Below are positions 1-10,031 of a DNA stretch of 64,000 nucleotides, in pieces. Location: positions 37,370-101,369 of the forward strand of contig CACKIH010000001.1 of the NCBI GenBank assembly GCA_902600225.1, in the 5' to 3' direction. A program made the translations under genes and the position numbers. The first letter of the stretch is position 1; each line of letters begins with the position of its first letter. This stretch comes from an uncultured Alphaproteobacteria bacterium. Lineage in GTDB: Bacteria; Pseudomonadota; Alphaproteobacteria; HIMB59; GCA-002718135. Under the pieces are notes generated by a model. The model ran no database searches. It was not told the DNA's origin and saw only the letters and a program-made list of their open reading frames with translations.

Positions 1-858
1 AAATTAAAGCATTTTTTAAATAACAATTCAAAATCACAGAGTAAAAAAAACATTAAATATCATTATGATTTAGGAAATAATTTTTACGAAAAGTGGTTAG
101 ATAAAACCATGACCTATTCTTCTGCTCTTTTTGATAATAAGAATACCAATTTATCGGATGCACAATTTAACAAATATAGAAAGATTGCTGAAACTTTATC
201 TTTAGACTCAAATTCTAAAACTCTAGAAATTGGATGTGGATGGGGAGGTTTTTCATCATTTGTAGCGAAAAATTACCATTGTTCAGTAGATGCTATAACT
301 ATTTCTAAGGAACAATACGAATATGCTTCTGAAAAAATTCAGAATGAAGGTTTGTCTGAAAAAGTATCAGTTATATTCAGAGATTATAGGGATATCAAAA
401 AAAAATATTCAAATATTGTTTCAATTGAAATGTTTGAAGCAGTTGGAAAGAAATACTGGCATAATTATTTTGATACAATTCGTAATTCTCTCAACGATGG
501 TGGTATGGCTGCACTACAAGTCATAACGATTGATGAAAAAAAGGCTAAAGATTATCAAAACAGACCAGATTTTATTCAACAATATATTTTTCCAGGTGGA
601 ATGCTTCCAACTAAAAAACAATTTGAATATTCGGCAAAACACGTTGGATTAAAATGTATTGAAAATCTAAGTTTCGGTGGTTCTTATGCAAAGACACTTA
701 AAATGTGGAATAAACAATTTCAAAAATCTTGGAATGATTTATCTCAGTTTGGTTTTGATATTAAATTTAAAAGAATGTGGGAATTTTATCTATCTTATTG
801 TGAAACAGGTTTTGCAAATAGTTCAACCGATGTTTCTCATTTCTTAATTCAAAAATAG
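1..858 (+). CDS. cfa: Cyclopropane-fatty-acyl-phospholipid synthase family SAM methyltransferase (5'-truncated by window)
   Basis: Frame is open from position 1 (..NIKYHYDLGNNFYEKWLDKTMTYSS). Motifs LEIGCGWG, SIEMFEAVG, FIQQYIFPGG, RMWEFYL. Confidence 0.9.
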   Translation, partial: KLKHFLNNNSKSQSKKNIKYHYDLGNNFYEKWLDKTMTYSSALFDNKNTNLSDAQFNKYRKIAETLSLDSNSKTLEIGCGWGGFSSFVAKNYHCSVDAITISKEQYEYASEKIQNEGLSEKVSVIFRDYRDIKKKYSNIVSIEMFEAVGKKYWHNYFDTIRNSLNDGGMAALQVITIDEKKAKDYQNRPDFIQQYIFPGGMLPTKKQFEYSAKHVGLKCIENLSFGGSYAKTLKMWNKQFQKSWNDLSQFGFDIKFKRMWEFYLSYCETGFANSSTDVSHFLIQK

Positions 859-860
859 AA

Positions 861-1373
861 ATGCAAAAACTAAAAGTATTTTTAGTCTTAACTGGCTATC
901 AACTAACTTGGTTAGCCTGTGTATTTGGTGAAACAAAATTTTCTAATTCTATGTTGGGCATTTGGGTTGGAATTATTTTCTTACTAACTTATTTTTATTT
1001 TAATCATAATAAAAAAAAATTTATTAAGATTTCACTTTTGATTTCAGTTCCAGGATATTTTTTTGATACTTTATTAGTTTATTTCCAAATTTATGATTTT
1101 GAAACTATTGCTAAACTTGGTACTCTGCCATTATGGATGATTGTTTTATGGTTTAGTTTTAGTACACTTTTTGATGAAATTCTTACTTTTTTTAAAAGTT
1201 ATAAAATTTTAGGAATTATTTTAAGTGGAGTTTTAGGGCCTTTAACCTATTATCTTGGTGAACCTATCGGAGTTATAAAAATATATAACTTTCAGATTTT
1301 TATTATTTCAATGGTATTATTTTGGATGATCTTGATGTTCTATTATCTAAATTACGTTATAAAAAATGATTAA
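861..1373 (+). CDS. DUF2878-like membrane protein
   Basis: Hydrophobic; YQLTWLACV, PLWMIVLW and GPLTYY motifs; usual neighbour of cfa. Confidence 0.7.
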   Translation: MQKLKVFLVLTGYQLTWLACVFGETKFSNSMLGIWVGIIFLLTYFYFNHNKKKFIKISLLISVPGYFFDTLLVYFQIYDFETIAKLGTLPLWMIVLWFSFSTLFDEILTFFKSYKILGIILSGVLGPLTYYLGEPIGVIKIYNFQIFIISMVLFWMILMFYYLNYVIKND

Positions 1374-1912
1374 TTTTCTTGATCTACTTTTTTTGTTCTA
1401 GTTCTATTTAAAGTTCTTTCGAGATCCTTATAAGTACATAAACCAACATCCATTGGACTCTTTGCCTCAAGAACTGCCTCTCTGTATGTACCATTTCTTA
1501 TAGCCTCTACTGTATTTTTTGTTGAGCCGGTAAGTTTTGCAATTTGAGAACTACTTAATTCAGTCGGATATCTTTTAATAAGCCACAAAATAGCATATGG
1601 CTTTTCTTGTCTTAAAGAAAGAGGTGTGTATTTAGAATCTTTTTTTCTTGGTGGTAAATCTTCAATTACATCAGACTTAATAAGACTCAAACGAGCTGCA
1701 TTATCTTTTTCACATCTTTCAATTTCTTCTTTTGTTAATTGATTATTATCAATTGGATCATAACCTCTCATACCGACAGCAACTTCTCCATCTGCGATTC
1801 CTTGAACCTCTAGTTCATGTAATCCACAGAATTCAGCTATTTGGTCAAACGTTAAAGCTGTATTTTCAACTAACCATATTGCTGTTGCTTTAGGCATTAA
1901 AGGATATTTCAT
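1370..1912 (-). CDS. trcR: DUF1013 family / cell-cycle transcriptional regulator TrcR
   Basis: PLMPKATAIWLVENTALTFDQIAEFCGLH and KYTPLSLRQEKP are family signatures. Start moved to the ATG at 1912 (MKYPLMPK). Confidence 0.85.
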   Translation of the reverse strand: MKYPLMPKATAIWLVENTALTFDQIAEFCGLHELEVQGIADGEVAVGMRGYDPIDNNQLTKEEIERCEKDNAARLSLIKSDVIEDLPPRKKDSKYTPLSLRQEKPYAILWLIKRYPTELSSSQIAKLTGSTKNTVEAIRNGTYREAVLEAKSPMDVGLCTYKDLERTLNRTRTKKVDQEN

Positions 1913-1956
1913 AATTGGCTCATATAATATAATCAAAAAATAATATATAACAAAAT

Positions 1957-2145
1957 ATGACTATGACAGATTTTTTTGAAGTTGATGAAAAACAAAAGAC
2001 GGTTAAAATATTAAATTTGGACGATTTCAGTGTTGAAGATTTACAAAATTATATTTCTGAACTTCAAACTGAAATACTAAGAGTTCAAGATGAGATAAAA
2101 AAGAAGGAAAATTTAAAACTTAATGCTGAAAAGTTTTTTAAATAA
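1957..2145 (+). CDS. DUF1192 family small coiled-coil protein
   Basis: LDDFSVEDLQNYISELQTEILR...AEKFFK; adjacent to rpmE as in many alphaproteobacteria. Confidence 0.75.
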   Translation: MTMTDFFEVDEKQKTVKILNLDDFSVEDLQNYISELQTEILRVQDEIKKKENLKLNAEKFFK

Positions 2146-2373
2146 TTATTTATTAATTTTAAGACCTTTAAATCTTTTTTGGAATCTAGCTACCTGTCCT
2201 TCAGATTCATTAAGACCAGCTTTACCACCGGTCCATGCGGGGTGAGATTTAGAATCAATTTCTAATTTAAGAGTATCACCTTCTTTACCCCAAGTAGATC
2301 TAGTTTTAAAAGTAGATCCATCAGTCATAACAACGTTTATTTCATGATATTTAGGATGTATATCTTTTTTCAT
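2146..2373 (-). CDS. rpmE: 50S ribosomal protein L31 (Cys-free type)
   Basis: [10 protein letters not shown]...HPAWTG...VARFQKRF. Confidence 0.97.
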   Translation of the reverse strand: MKKDIHPKYHEINVVMTDGSTFKTRSTWGKEGDTLKLEIDSKSHPAWTGGKAGLNESEGQVARFQKRFKGLKINK

Positions 2374-2397
2374 GCTTGTCTTATATTTATATAGATT

Positions 2398-3174
2398 TCA
2401 AAGTAAAGTAAGTTTTTTAACTAATTCATTATGAATTTTATTATTTGAAGCTACTAAATCACGAGAATTTATTTCCCATGCATTTCCATCTATTTTAGAA
2501 ATTTTCCCCCCAGCTTCTTTTACTAAAAGAATGCCCGTTGAAACATCCCATAAATTTAGATCTTTTTCCCAAAAACCATCTAATTTACCAGAGGCAACAT
2601 AAGCAAGATCAAGGCCTGCAGAACCGAGTCTTCTTATTCCTGCAGATGATTTTAGGATTTCATCAATCTCACTTAAATAGTTTTTATAAATTCTTTCTCC
2701 AAACGGAAGCCCAGTACCGATCAAGCAATCTGAAAAAATTTGCCTGTTTGACACTCTAAGTCTACTATTATTACACCACGAACCTTTACCTTTAGAACTC
2801 CAAAAAAATTCGTTTAAAATTGGATTATAAATCACACCGTCTGTGATTTCATCATTTGTCATTTTGGCAACGATTATTCCAACATGAGGTATTCCATGAA
2901 TAAAATTAGATGTTCCATCAATGGGATCAATAATAATGGTGTTTTCATCACCCTTTATTTCACCAGTTTCTTCAGTTATGTAAGTATAATCTGGATAATA
3001 ATATTTTAGAGTTTCTAAAAGTGTTTTTTCTACTTTAATATCTGCATTTGTTACAAAATCTCCAACTGATTTAGATTGTATTTGTAAATTTTCTAATTCT
3101 CCAAAATCTCTTAATAAAATTTTACCAGCTTTTTTTACTGCCTTTTCAAAAATATTAATTACAGCAGGCTGCAT
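2398..3174 (-). CDS. suhB: Inositol monophosphatase SuhB
   Basis: DFVTNAD, IIDPIDGTSNF, IRRLGSAGLDLAYVA, WDV motifs. Confidence 0.93.
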   Translation of the reverse strand: MQPAVINIFEKAVKKAGKILLRDFGELENLQIQSKSVGDFVTNADIKVEKTLLETLKYYYPDYTYITEETGEIKGDENTIIIDPIDGTSNFIHGIPHVGIIVAKMTNDEITDGVIYNPILNEFFWSSKGKGSWCNNSRLRVSNRQIFSDCLIGTGLPFGERIYKNYLSEIDEILKSSAGIRRLGSAGLDLAYVASGKLDGFWEKDLNLWDVSTGILLVKEAGGKISKIDGNAWEINSRDLVASNNKIHNELVKKLTLL

Positions 3175-3743
3175 TAATTTTTTGATTTTTCGATATAACT
3201 ACCGTCAATTGTACTTATTACTATTTTATCATTAACTGCAATAAATTGCGGTACAGATGTTTTAATATTCTTTTCTAAAGTAGCTGGTTTATATGATGAA
3301 GCAGCTGTTTGACCTTTTACAACACCTTCAGTTTCTATAACAGTTAATTCTACATTATCAGGCAAGTCAATGCCGACCGGTTTTTCATTATAGAAATTAA
3401 TAATAACATTACTATTCTCAACTAAAAATTTTGATTGATCCTCAGTTAATATGTCTGAGCCAAGTTCTATTTGTTCATAAGTTTGTTTATCCATGAATAT
3501 AAAATTATTATTATCATCATACAGATATTGAAATTCTTTTTCATCAAGGATAGCTCTTTCCACTGTTTCTGATGATCTAAACCTACTATTCATTTTAGTA
3601 CCTTCCCTTATTTCTTTAAGTTCAGCTTGCAAGTAGGCACCACCCTTTCCTGGTTGAGTATGCTGTGTTTTCAAAACTTTCCAAAGTTTGTTATTAATTT
3701 CTAAAATATTTCCGACTTTAATTTCATTTCCATCTATTTTCAT
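3174..3743 (-). CDS. efp: Elongation factor P
   Basis: PGKGGAY loop, VKGQTAASSYKPA, VPQFI. Confidence 0.97.
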   Translation of the reverse strand: MKIDGNEIKVGNILEINNKLWKVLKTQHTQPGKGGAYLQAELKEIREGTKMNSRFRSSETVERAILDEKEFQYLYDDNNNFIFMDKQTYEQIELGSDILTEDQSKFLVENSNVIINFYNEKPVGIDLPDNVELTVIETEGVVKGQTAASSYKPATLEKNIKTSVPQFIAVNDKIVISTIDGSYIEKSKN

Positions 3744-4138
3744 AGTTTTATCTTAAGTTTTTTTTGTATATTTTTAATTTTCGTAAGATCTACTACATCA
3801 AAAGTTGGATTTAATAAAACCTTATTTTTTTTAGCAATTTGATTAATTTTATTTAAGATGATTTTATTATTTTTTAATTTTAAATAATCAATATTTTCAT
3901 GAGTTAATAATATACTAAGACCTTGATCATAGCCTGAGTCGATAAAAAACTTAATATTGTGTGTCTTATATTTATTTTTAATATGGTTTATTAACGTTCT
4001 AAGCCACTCTATCCCAAAACCTTTAATTAAAAAATATTTTATAAATATGATCGAAGTTTTGCACTTTGATTTTCGAAATTCTATTAAATTTTCAATTTGT
4101 ATTAGTGTCGATACTGCAAAACAGATTTTTTTAGGCAC
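3740..4138 (-). CDS. Hypothetical protein, possibly related to the N-terminal part of class II aldolases
   Basis: Fills the gap-efp interval exactly, with 1-nt and 4-nt overlaps; GTG start; GIEWLRTL...FFIDSG.DQG motif. Confidence 0.6.
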   Translation of the reverse strand: MPKKICFAVSTLIQIENLIEFRKSKCKTSIIFIKYFLIKGFGIEWLRTLINHIKNKYKTHNIKFFIDSGYDQGLSILLTHENIDYLKLKNNKIILNKINQIAKKNKVLLNPTFDVVDLTKIKNIQKKLKIKL

Positions 4139-5142
4139 TAAATAAATTTTTTAAGATCAACCATAGTGTCTACCATTCTATTTGAGAATCCCCATTCATT
4201 ATCATACCAAGATAAAACTCTGCAGAATTTATCTTTGACAACTTGTGTTTGACTCATATCAAATACAGAACTGCTTGAATTATGATTAAAATCAATTGAA
4301 ACCAGAGGTAATGAGTTTGTTGTTAGTATTCCATTTAATTTTTTAGTTTTTGAAGCTTGAAGAACTATAGAATTAATTTTTTCTGGGCTAGTTTTTTTCT
4401 TACTTACAAATGTAAGATCTATAAGTGAGACATTAGGAGTAGGTACTCGAATAGCTGTTCCATCTAGTTTGCCTTTTAATTTTGGTAAGACTAGACTCAA
4501 AGCCTTTGCTGCTCCTGTGGAAGTTGGAATCATTGACTCAGCTGCAGCCCTTGCTCTTCTAAAGTCAGAATGGGTTTGATCAACAGTTCTTTGATCACCC
4601 GTGTAACTATGAATTGTTGTCATGAAACCACTTTCAATTCCTAATTTTTCATTAAGAACCATAGCTAAAGGAGCAAGACAGTTAGTAGTACAAGATCCGT
4701 TTGAAATTACATTATGATTTTTTTTAATGGTATCGTTATTTACACCTTGAACAATTGTGGCATCTACATTTGAAGCTGGTGCTGAAATAATAACTTTTTT
4801 TGCTCCTACATTTAAGTGAGAAATCGCCTTTTCTTTTGAAGTAAAAACACCACTACATTCAAGCACAACATCTACCTTGAGTGATTTCCAAGGAAGGTTA
4901 TTTGGATCTCTTTCGGAATAAAAATTAATTTTATGTTTACCAATTTTTAATCCATTTTTGATTGAGCTAATCTCATCTTTAAGAATACCGTGAACACTGT
5001 CATATTTAAGTAAGTGTGCACTGCTCTCAACACTTCCTAGTTCATTAATAGCTACAATATTAATATCTTTAGGATTTTTTTCTAATAAAGCTCTAAAAAC
5101 AAGTTTTCCAATTCTTCCAAATCCATTTATTGCAACTTTCAT
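4138..5142 (-). CDS. gap: Type I glyceraldehyde-3-phosphate dehydrogenase
   Basis: INGFGRIG, SCTTNCLAP, WYDNEWGF; SD AAGGAG. Confidence 0.97.
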   Translation of the reverse strand: MKVAINGFGRIGKLVFRALLEKNPKDINIVAINELGSVESSAHLLKYDSVHGILKDEISSIKNGLKIGKHKINFYSERDPNNLPWKSLKVDVVLECSGVFTSKEKAISHLNVGAKKVIISAPASNVDATIVQGVNNDTIKKNHNVISNGSCTTNCLAPLAMVLNEKLGIESGFMTTIHSYTGDQRTVDQTHSDFRRARAAAESMIPTSTGAAKALSLVLPKLKGKLDGTAIRVPTPNVSLIDLTFVSKKKTSPEKINSIVLQASKTKKLNGILTTNSLPLVSIDFNHNSSSSVFDMSQTQVVKDKFCRVLSWYDNEWGFSNRMVDTMVDLKKFI

Positions 5143-5153
5143 ATTTCTCCTTT

Positions 5154-7130
5154 TTATAAACTTTTAATTATTTTTTCAATTAAGTAATCATCTGTTATGT
5201 TAAAGTGCTTATATAAATCTTTGTATGGGCCACTTTCACCAAAAGTTGACATGCCAACAAAATTTTCATTTTTAATATATTTTTCCCAACCATTTATTAC
5301 TCCAGCCTCAATAGCAAAAATCGGTTTATTTCCTAAAATTTCATTTTTATAACCATCATCATTTTTCTCAAACAATTCAAATGAAGACATGCTTACAACT
5401 CTTATCTTTAAATTATTATTTTCAAAAAGTTTATTTGATGCAGAGCAAGCAATCTCAACTTCAGAACCAGAAGATAAAATTGTTGCATCATATTCTTTAA
5501 AATCTCTTATTTTATAAGCACCTTTATTTACAAGATTTTCTTTGCGATTATCTTTTTGTAACATCGGTAAATTTTGTCTTGTTAAAACTAAGATTGTTGG
5601 TCCAGTATTGTTGATTGCACATTCCCATGCTTCTATAGTTTCAATAATATCACAAGGCCTAATGACTGTTAAATTTGGTATAGATCTTAAAGATGCAAGA
5701 TGTTCAACAGGTTGATGTGTTGGTCCATCTTCTCCTAATCCTATTGAGTCATGCGTCATTACATAAATAACTGGTATATTCATAATAGCTGATAACCTAA
5801 TTGAAGGTCTGCAATAATCAGTAAATACCAAAAACGTTCCTCCATATGGAATTAAACCTTTATGTAAAGCAATGCCATTCATTACTCCAGCCATTCCATG
5901 TTCTCTGATGCCGTAATGAATATAATTTCCATTAAAATTATTAGATGTAATTACATTCATATCTTTTGCCTTAGTGTTATTTGATCCAGTAAGATCAGCA
6001 GATCCACCAATTAGATTTTTTTGATAGTTTGAAATTAAATTCAGCGTTAGCTCACTCGATTTTCTTGAAGCACAATTTGTTTTGTCATTAAAATGTTCAG
6101 ATTTTAATTCACTAAGTTTTTCTGGAATTTGATGATCAATTTTTTGATAAAAACTATCTTTAAAATTTTTACTTTCAATTAATTCTTTGTTTTTTGATAA
6201 CCATGATTTTCTTGATTCTTCATTTCTTTTATAGAAACTTCTCCACTCATGTAATAAATCATCTGGAATTTCAAACGGTGAATAATTCCATTCTAATTTT
6301 TTTCTTGTTAAACTTATTTCCTCTTTACCAAGAGGTGAACCATGTGATGAAGCTGAACCCTCTTTGTTTGGAGAGCCAAAACCAATTTTAGTTTTACAAG
6401 ATATAATTGTTGGACCATCATTTTTTTTTGCTTGAATTATAGCTTGATCAATTTCCTCATATTTATGACCATCTATTTCAATTATATTCCAATTATAAGC
6501 TTCAAATCTTTTTTTTACATTGTCTGAAACTGAAAGATCTGTTGATCCATCTATGGAAATAGAATTATTATCAAAAAACATAATAAGCTTATTTAATTTT
6601 AAATGTCCTGCGAGACTACACGCTTCATGACTTAAACCTTCCATTAAGCATCCATCTCCAGCAAAAACATAAGTGTAATGATCGAATAATTCTTCTCCAT
6701 AATTATTTGATAATTTTTTTTCCGCTAGCGCCATTCCAACTGCATTTGCTAAACCTTGAGACAAAGGTCCAGTCGTTGTTTCTATTCCTTTTGCACTTCC
6801 GTATTCTGGGTGACCTGCAGTTTTATTATGTAATTGTCTAAAATTTTTAATTTGATTTATGTCTATGTCTTTATATCCTGTTAGATACAAACAAGAGTAT
6901 AAAAGCATTGAGCCATGACCATTTGAAATAATTAATCTATCTCTATCAATCCACTCCGGATCATTCGGATCAAACTTTAAATGATTTTTATAAAGAATTG
7001 TTGCAATGTCTGCCATACCCATAGGCATACCAGGATGACCAGATTTTGCTTTTTCCACTGCATCCATTGATAAAAATCTAATACAATTTGATAATTGTCT
7101 TAGATTGTTGATATTATTTAAATTATTCAA
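5154..7130 (-). CDS. tkt: Transketolase
   Basis: SGHPGMPMG, GDGCLMEG, THDSIGLGEDGPTHQP; TTG start with AAGGT SD. Confidence 0.97.
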   Translation of the reverse strand: MNNLNNINNLRQLSNCIRFLSMDAVEKAKSGHPGMPMGMADIATILYKNHLKFDPNDPEWIDRDRLIISNGHGSMLLYSCLYLTGYKDIDINQIKNFRQLHNKTAGHPEYGSAKGIETTTGPLSQGLANAVGMALAEKKLSNNYGEELFDHYTYVFAGDGCLMEGLSHEACSLAGHLKLNKLIMFFDNNSISIDGSTDLSVSDNVKKRFEAYNWNIIEIDGHKYEEIDQAIIQAKKNDGPTIISCKTKIGFGSPNKEGSASSHGSPLGKEEISLTRKKLEWNYSPFEIPDDLLHEWRSFYKRNEESRKSWLSKNKELIESKNFKDSFYQKIDHQIPEKLSELKSEHFNDKTNCASRKSSELTLNLISNYQKNLIGGSADLTGSNNTKAKDMNVITSNNFNGNYIHYGIREHGMAGVMNGIALHKGLIPYGGTFLVFTDYCRPSIRLSAIMNIPVIYVMTHDSIGLGEDGPTHQPVEHLASLRSIPNLTVIRPCDIIETIEAWECAINNTGPTILVLTRQNLPMLQKDNRKENLVNKGAYKIRDFKEYDATILSSGSEVEIACSASNKLFENNNLKIRVVSMSSFELFEKNDDGYKNEILGNKPIFAIEAGVINGWEKYIKNENFVGMSTFGESGPYKDLYKHFNITDDYLIEKIIKSL

Positions 7131-7180
7131 ATACTTACCTTTATGGTTGATATAAAATTATTTAATATGGGTTCATTACA

Positions 7181-7215
7181 GTGACAATTATAAAATTTCA
7201 AACTATAAAATTATA
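7181..7215 (+). promoter_or_regulatory. Putative sigma70 promoter giving a leaderless transcript
   Basis: GTGACA (7181-7186), 17 nt, TATAAA (7204-7209), 6 nt, ATG at 7216. Confidence 0.45.
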
Positions 7216-7404
7216 ATGGAAATACAAAAAAAAATTACAATTCTAAGCGAAAACTTAAATAATCTAAGATCAGCTTTAGAAGATTTCAGGGATCATCATA
7301 TTTCCAAAAAAGAAAAAATTAAAAATCTTGAAAATGAAATTAAAAATTTACGAAAACAAATGTCCGAGTATATTGATGAATTGGAACTTCTAATTAAGAA
7401 ATAA
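7216..7404 (+). CDS. Small coiled-coil protein upstream of zapA (DUF4164-like position)
   Basis: Heptad-rich 62 aa; conserved position, divergent from tkt and upstream of zapA. Confidence 0.65.
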   Translation: MEIQKKITILSENLNNLRSALEDFRDHHISKKEKIKNLENEIKNLRKQMSEYIDELELLIKK

Positions 7405-7406
7405 CT

Positions 7407-7826
7407 ATGCCTTTTTATAAGACAAAAATTTTAAACAGAGAAATATCATTAGAATATGAAAAAAAAGATGAAAAAAAAATAATAGATTCAATAAATTTAA
7501 TTAATGAAAAAATTGATGACAAATTACAAAATCCAAAATATTCTAATGGAAAAATAAGTGATACTATATTGTTATCACTTCTCTCCATTGAGCTTCAAGC
7601 AGAGCTTTCAGAAAAATTAAATATAGAAAGAAGTTCAGAAGTAAATGAAGCCAAGAATGAAGAATATCTAAAGAATAATTTAGAACTTAAAGATAAAATA
7701 CTAAAACTACAAAATGAAAAAAAAATTTTAGAAAATGAAAAATTGAAATTAGATCAAGAATTTGATGAAATAAATAAAAAAGTAGAGGGTTTAATTGATA
7801 TAATTAAGAATTCTTATTATGAATAA
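7407..7826 (+). CDS. zapA: Cell division protein ZapA (divergent)
   Basis: KILNREISLEY...D..LLSLLSIELQAEL fold pattern followed by a coiled coil; tkt/zapA/ygfA synteny. Confidence 0.75.
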   Translation: MPFYKTKILNREISLEYEKKDEKKIIDSINLINEKIDDKLQNPKYSNGKISDTILLSLLSIELQAELSEKLNIERSSEVNEAKNEEYLKNNLELKDKILKLQNEKKILENEKLKLDQEFDEINKKVEGLIDIIKNSYYE

Positions 7827-8400
7827 TATTAAAGATGAAAAATCAATTATCAGAAAAAAACAAAAAATTATAAGAGATAAGATTTTTAATAACAAGCCAT
7901 CTCATTTTGCTTTATCTTTGTTTAATGAATTTTTTGAAAAAATTAACTTTCAAGAAATCAATATAGTATCTAGTTTTATTTCTATAAATTCTGAGATCAA
8001 TACAAGAGAGCTTAATAATCTTATCTTTATTAAAAATAAAATTTTATGTCTTCCTGTAATTGAGAATAAAAATAGTCATTTAATCTTTAAGCAATTTAAG
8101 AGTGAAGAGAATTTTGTAAAAGGACATATGAATATATCAGAGCCTCAAAATAATAATAAAATTTTAAATCCTGAATTAATTTTTGTACCTTGTTTAGCTT
8201 TTGATAATAAGGGAAATAGATTAGGTTATGGAGGAGGTTATTATGACAGGACTTTTGCTTATTTAAATAAAATTAATCACAGATTCATCTCTGTTGCCTA
8301 TGCATATGAAGAACAAAAGTTAGATTATATACCCATAGACAAATTTGATTTTAAAGTGGATTATGTTATTACTGAAAAAAATTTATATAGTTTTCAATGA
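7819..8400 (+). CDS. ygfA: 5-formyltetrahydrofolate cyclo-ligase
   Basis: VPCLAFDNKGNRLGYGGGYYDR, D.VITE. Confidence 0.93.
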   Translation: MNNIKDEKSIIRKKQKIIRDKIFNNKPSHFALSLFNEFFEKINFQEINIVSSFISINSEINTRELNNLIFIKNKILCLPVIENKNSHLIFKQFKSEENFVKGHMNISEPQNNNKILNPELIFVPCLAFDNKGNRLGYGGGYYDRTFAYLNKINHRFISVAYAYEEQKLDYIPIDKFDFKVDYVITEKNLYSFQ

Positions 8401-9188
8401 AAATTCTTTTTATAGGTGATATTGTCGGTAAGGCGTCACGAAAAAAAATTAAAGAAATTATCCCACCACTAAAATCTAAATATAATACAGACATGATTAT
8501 TGCTAATGGTGAGAATGCTACTTCTGGTTATGGACTTTCAAAAAAGGATGCAGAAGAATTATTTTCTAGCGGAATTGATCTACTTACACTTGGGAATCAT
8601 GCATGGGATCAAAGAGATATGCTTTCTTATATTGAAGAAAATCCAAAAATAATCAGAGCTTTGAATTATCCTGATGGGGTTCCTGGAAAAGGATATTATA
8701 AGCTTGAACTTTTAAATGGAAAAAAAATTATAGTAGTACAAGTAATGCTCAGATTATTTATGAATTTATCATTAGATGATCCCTTTAAAGGCATAATTGA
8801 ATTTCTTCAAAAAGAGAAGTTAGGCAGTACATGTGATGCGATAATTATTGATATGCATGGTGAAGCAACTTCTGAAAAAAAGGCATTTGGATATTATGTT
8901 GATGGACAAGTTACGGCAGTTTTAGGCACACATACTCATGTGCCAACGTCAGACAGTGTTATTTTACCTAAGGGTACAGCTTATCAAACAGATGTTGGAA
9001 TGTCAGGTGATTATAATTCAATAATTGGTTTTGATATACATAATCCAATACATGGATTTGTTAAGGGGTACAGGGCAGAAGGTAGATTTACACCTGCTAC
9101 TGAAAACATAACAGTATGTGGGGCTTTAATAGAGATTGATACTAATACTGGTTTAGCTAAAAATATCACCCCAATTCAAGAGACATAA
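8397..9188 (+). CDS. ymdB: YmdB-like metallophosphoesterase (TIGR00282)
   Basis: FIGDIVG, NGEN, TLGNHAWD, HGEATSEK, GTHTHVPT, TDVGM. Confidence 0.92.
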   Translation: MKILFIGDIVGKASRKKIKEIIPPLKSKYNTDMIIANGENATSGYGLSKKDAEELFSSGIDLLTLGNHAWDQRDMLSYIEENPKIIRALNYPDGVPGKGYYKLELLNGKKIIVVQVMLRLFMNLSLDDPFKGIIEFLQKEKLGSTCDAIIIDMHGEATSEKKAFGYYVDGQVTAVLGTHTHVPTSDSVILPKGTAYQTDVGMSGDYNSIIGFDIHNPIHGFVKGYRAEGRFTPATENITVCGALIEIDTNTGLAKNITPIQET

Positions 9189-9267
9189 TTTACATATATT
9201 AGACACATTTATCTAATATTTTATATCTTTACTAACATCGGATTAAATATTTATAAATCTACTCGTA

Positions 9268-10017
9268 ATGGCAGGGCACTCGAAATTTAAAAATATTATG
9301 CATCGTAAAGGTGCTCAAGATAAAAAAAGAGCAAAAGTATTCTCAAGACTTGGAAGAGAGATTTCTGTTGCTGTCAAAGTAGGAGGTGAAGATATTGAGA
9401 GTAATATTAGATTAAGATCTGCAATTTCGTCGGCCAAGTCTCTAAATATGCCAAAAGATAACATTGAGAGAGCAATTAAAAAAGGCCAAGGAAATGATCC
9501 TGATAGTAATTATGAAGAAGTAAGATATGAAGGATATGGTCCTGAAGGTGTTGCAATAATAGTTGAGGCCCTTACAAATAATAAAAATAGAACAGCTGCT
9601 GAGATTAGGTCATCTTTTAGTAAACATGGAGGTAATTTGGGTGAAACAGGTAGCGTTAGTTTTGGCTTTGATAGATTTGGAAATATCACTCTCGATAAAA
9701 ACTTAGTAAAAGAAGATCAGCTTCTAGAATTTCTTATTGAAAATAATAGTGAAGATTATGAAATTAATGACACTGAATATTCAATATACTGCGATCAAAA
9801 TAATTTGCATGAACTTAATGATAAATTAATTAAACAGTATGGTCAGACTAACTCTGCAAATTTGATTTGGAAAAGTAAAAATAATATTAATATTGGAAAA
9901 GATACAGCAGATAAACTATTTAAATTACTTGAAGTTTTAGAAGACAATGACGACGTTCAAGTTGTATCATCAAATTTTGAAGTTGATGATAATGTTTTAT
10001 CTTCACTGACAGCCTAA
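9268..10017 (+). CDS. yebC: YebC/PmpR family protein
   Basis: MAGHSKFKNI.HRKG, YEGYGPEG, TNNKNRT, DDVQ.V. Confidence 0.95.
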   Translation: MAGHSKFKNIMHRKGAQDKKRAKVFSRLGREISVAVKVGGEDIESNIRLRSAISSAKSLNMPKDNIERAIKKGQGNDPDSNYEEVRYEGYGPEGVAIIVEALTNNKNRTAAEIRSSFSKHGGNLGETGSVSFGFDRFGNITLDKNLVKEDQLLEFLIENNSEDYEINDTEYSIYCDQNNLHELNDKLIKQYGQTNSANLIWKSKNNINIGKDTADKLFKLLEVLEDNDDVQVVSSNFEVDDNVLSSLTA

Positions 10018-10031
10018 TGAAAGGAATATAG

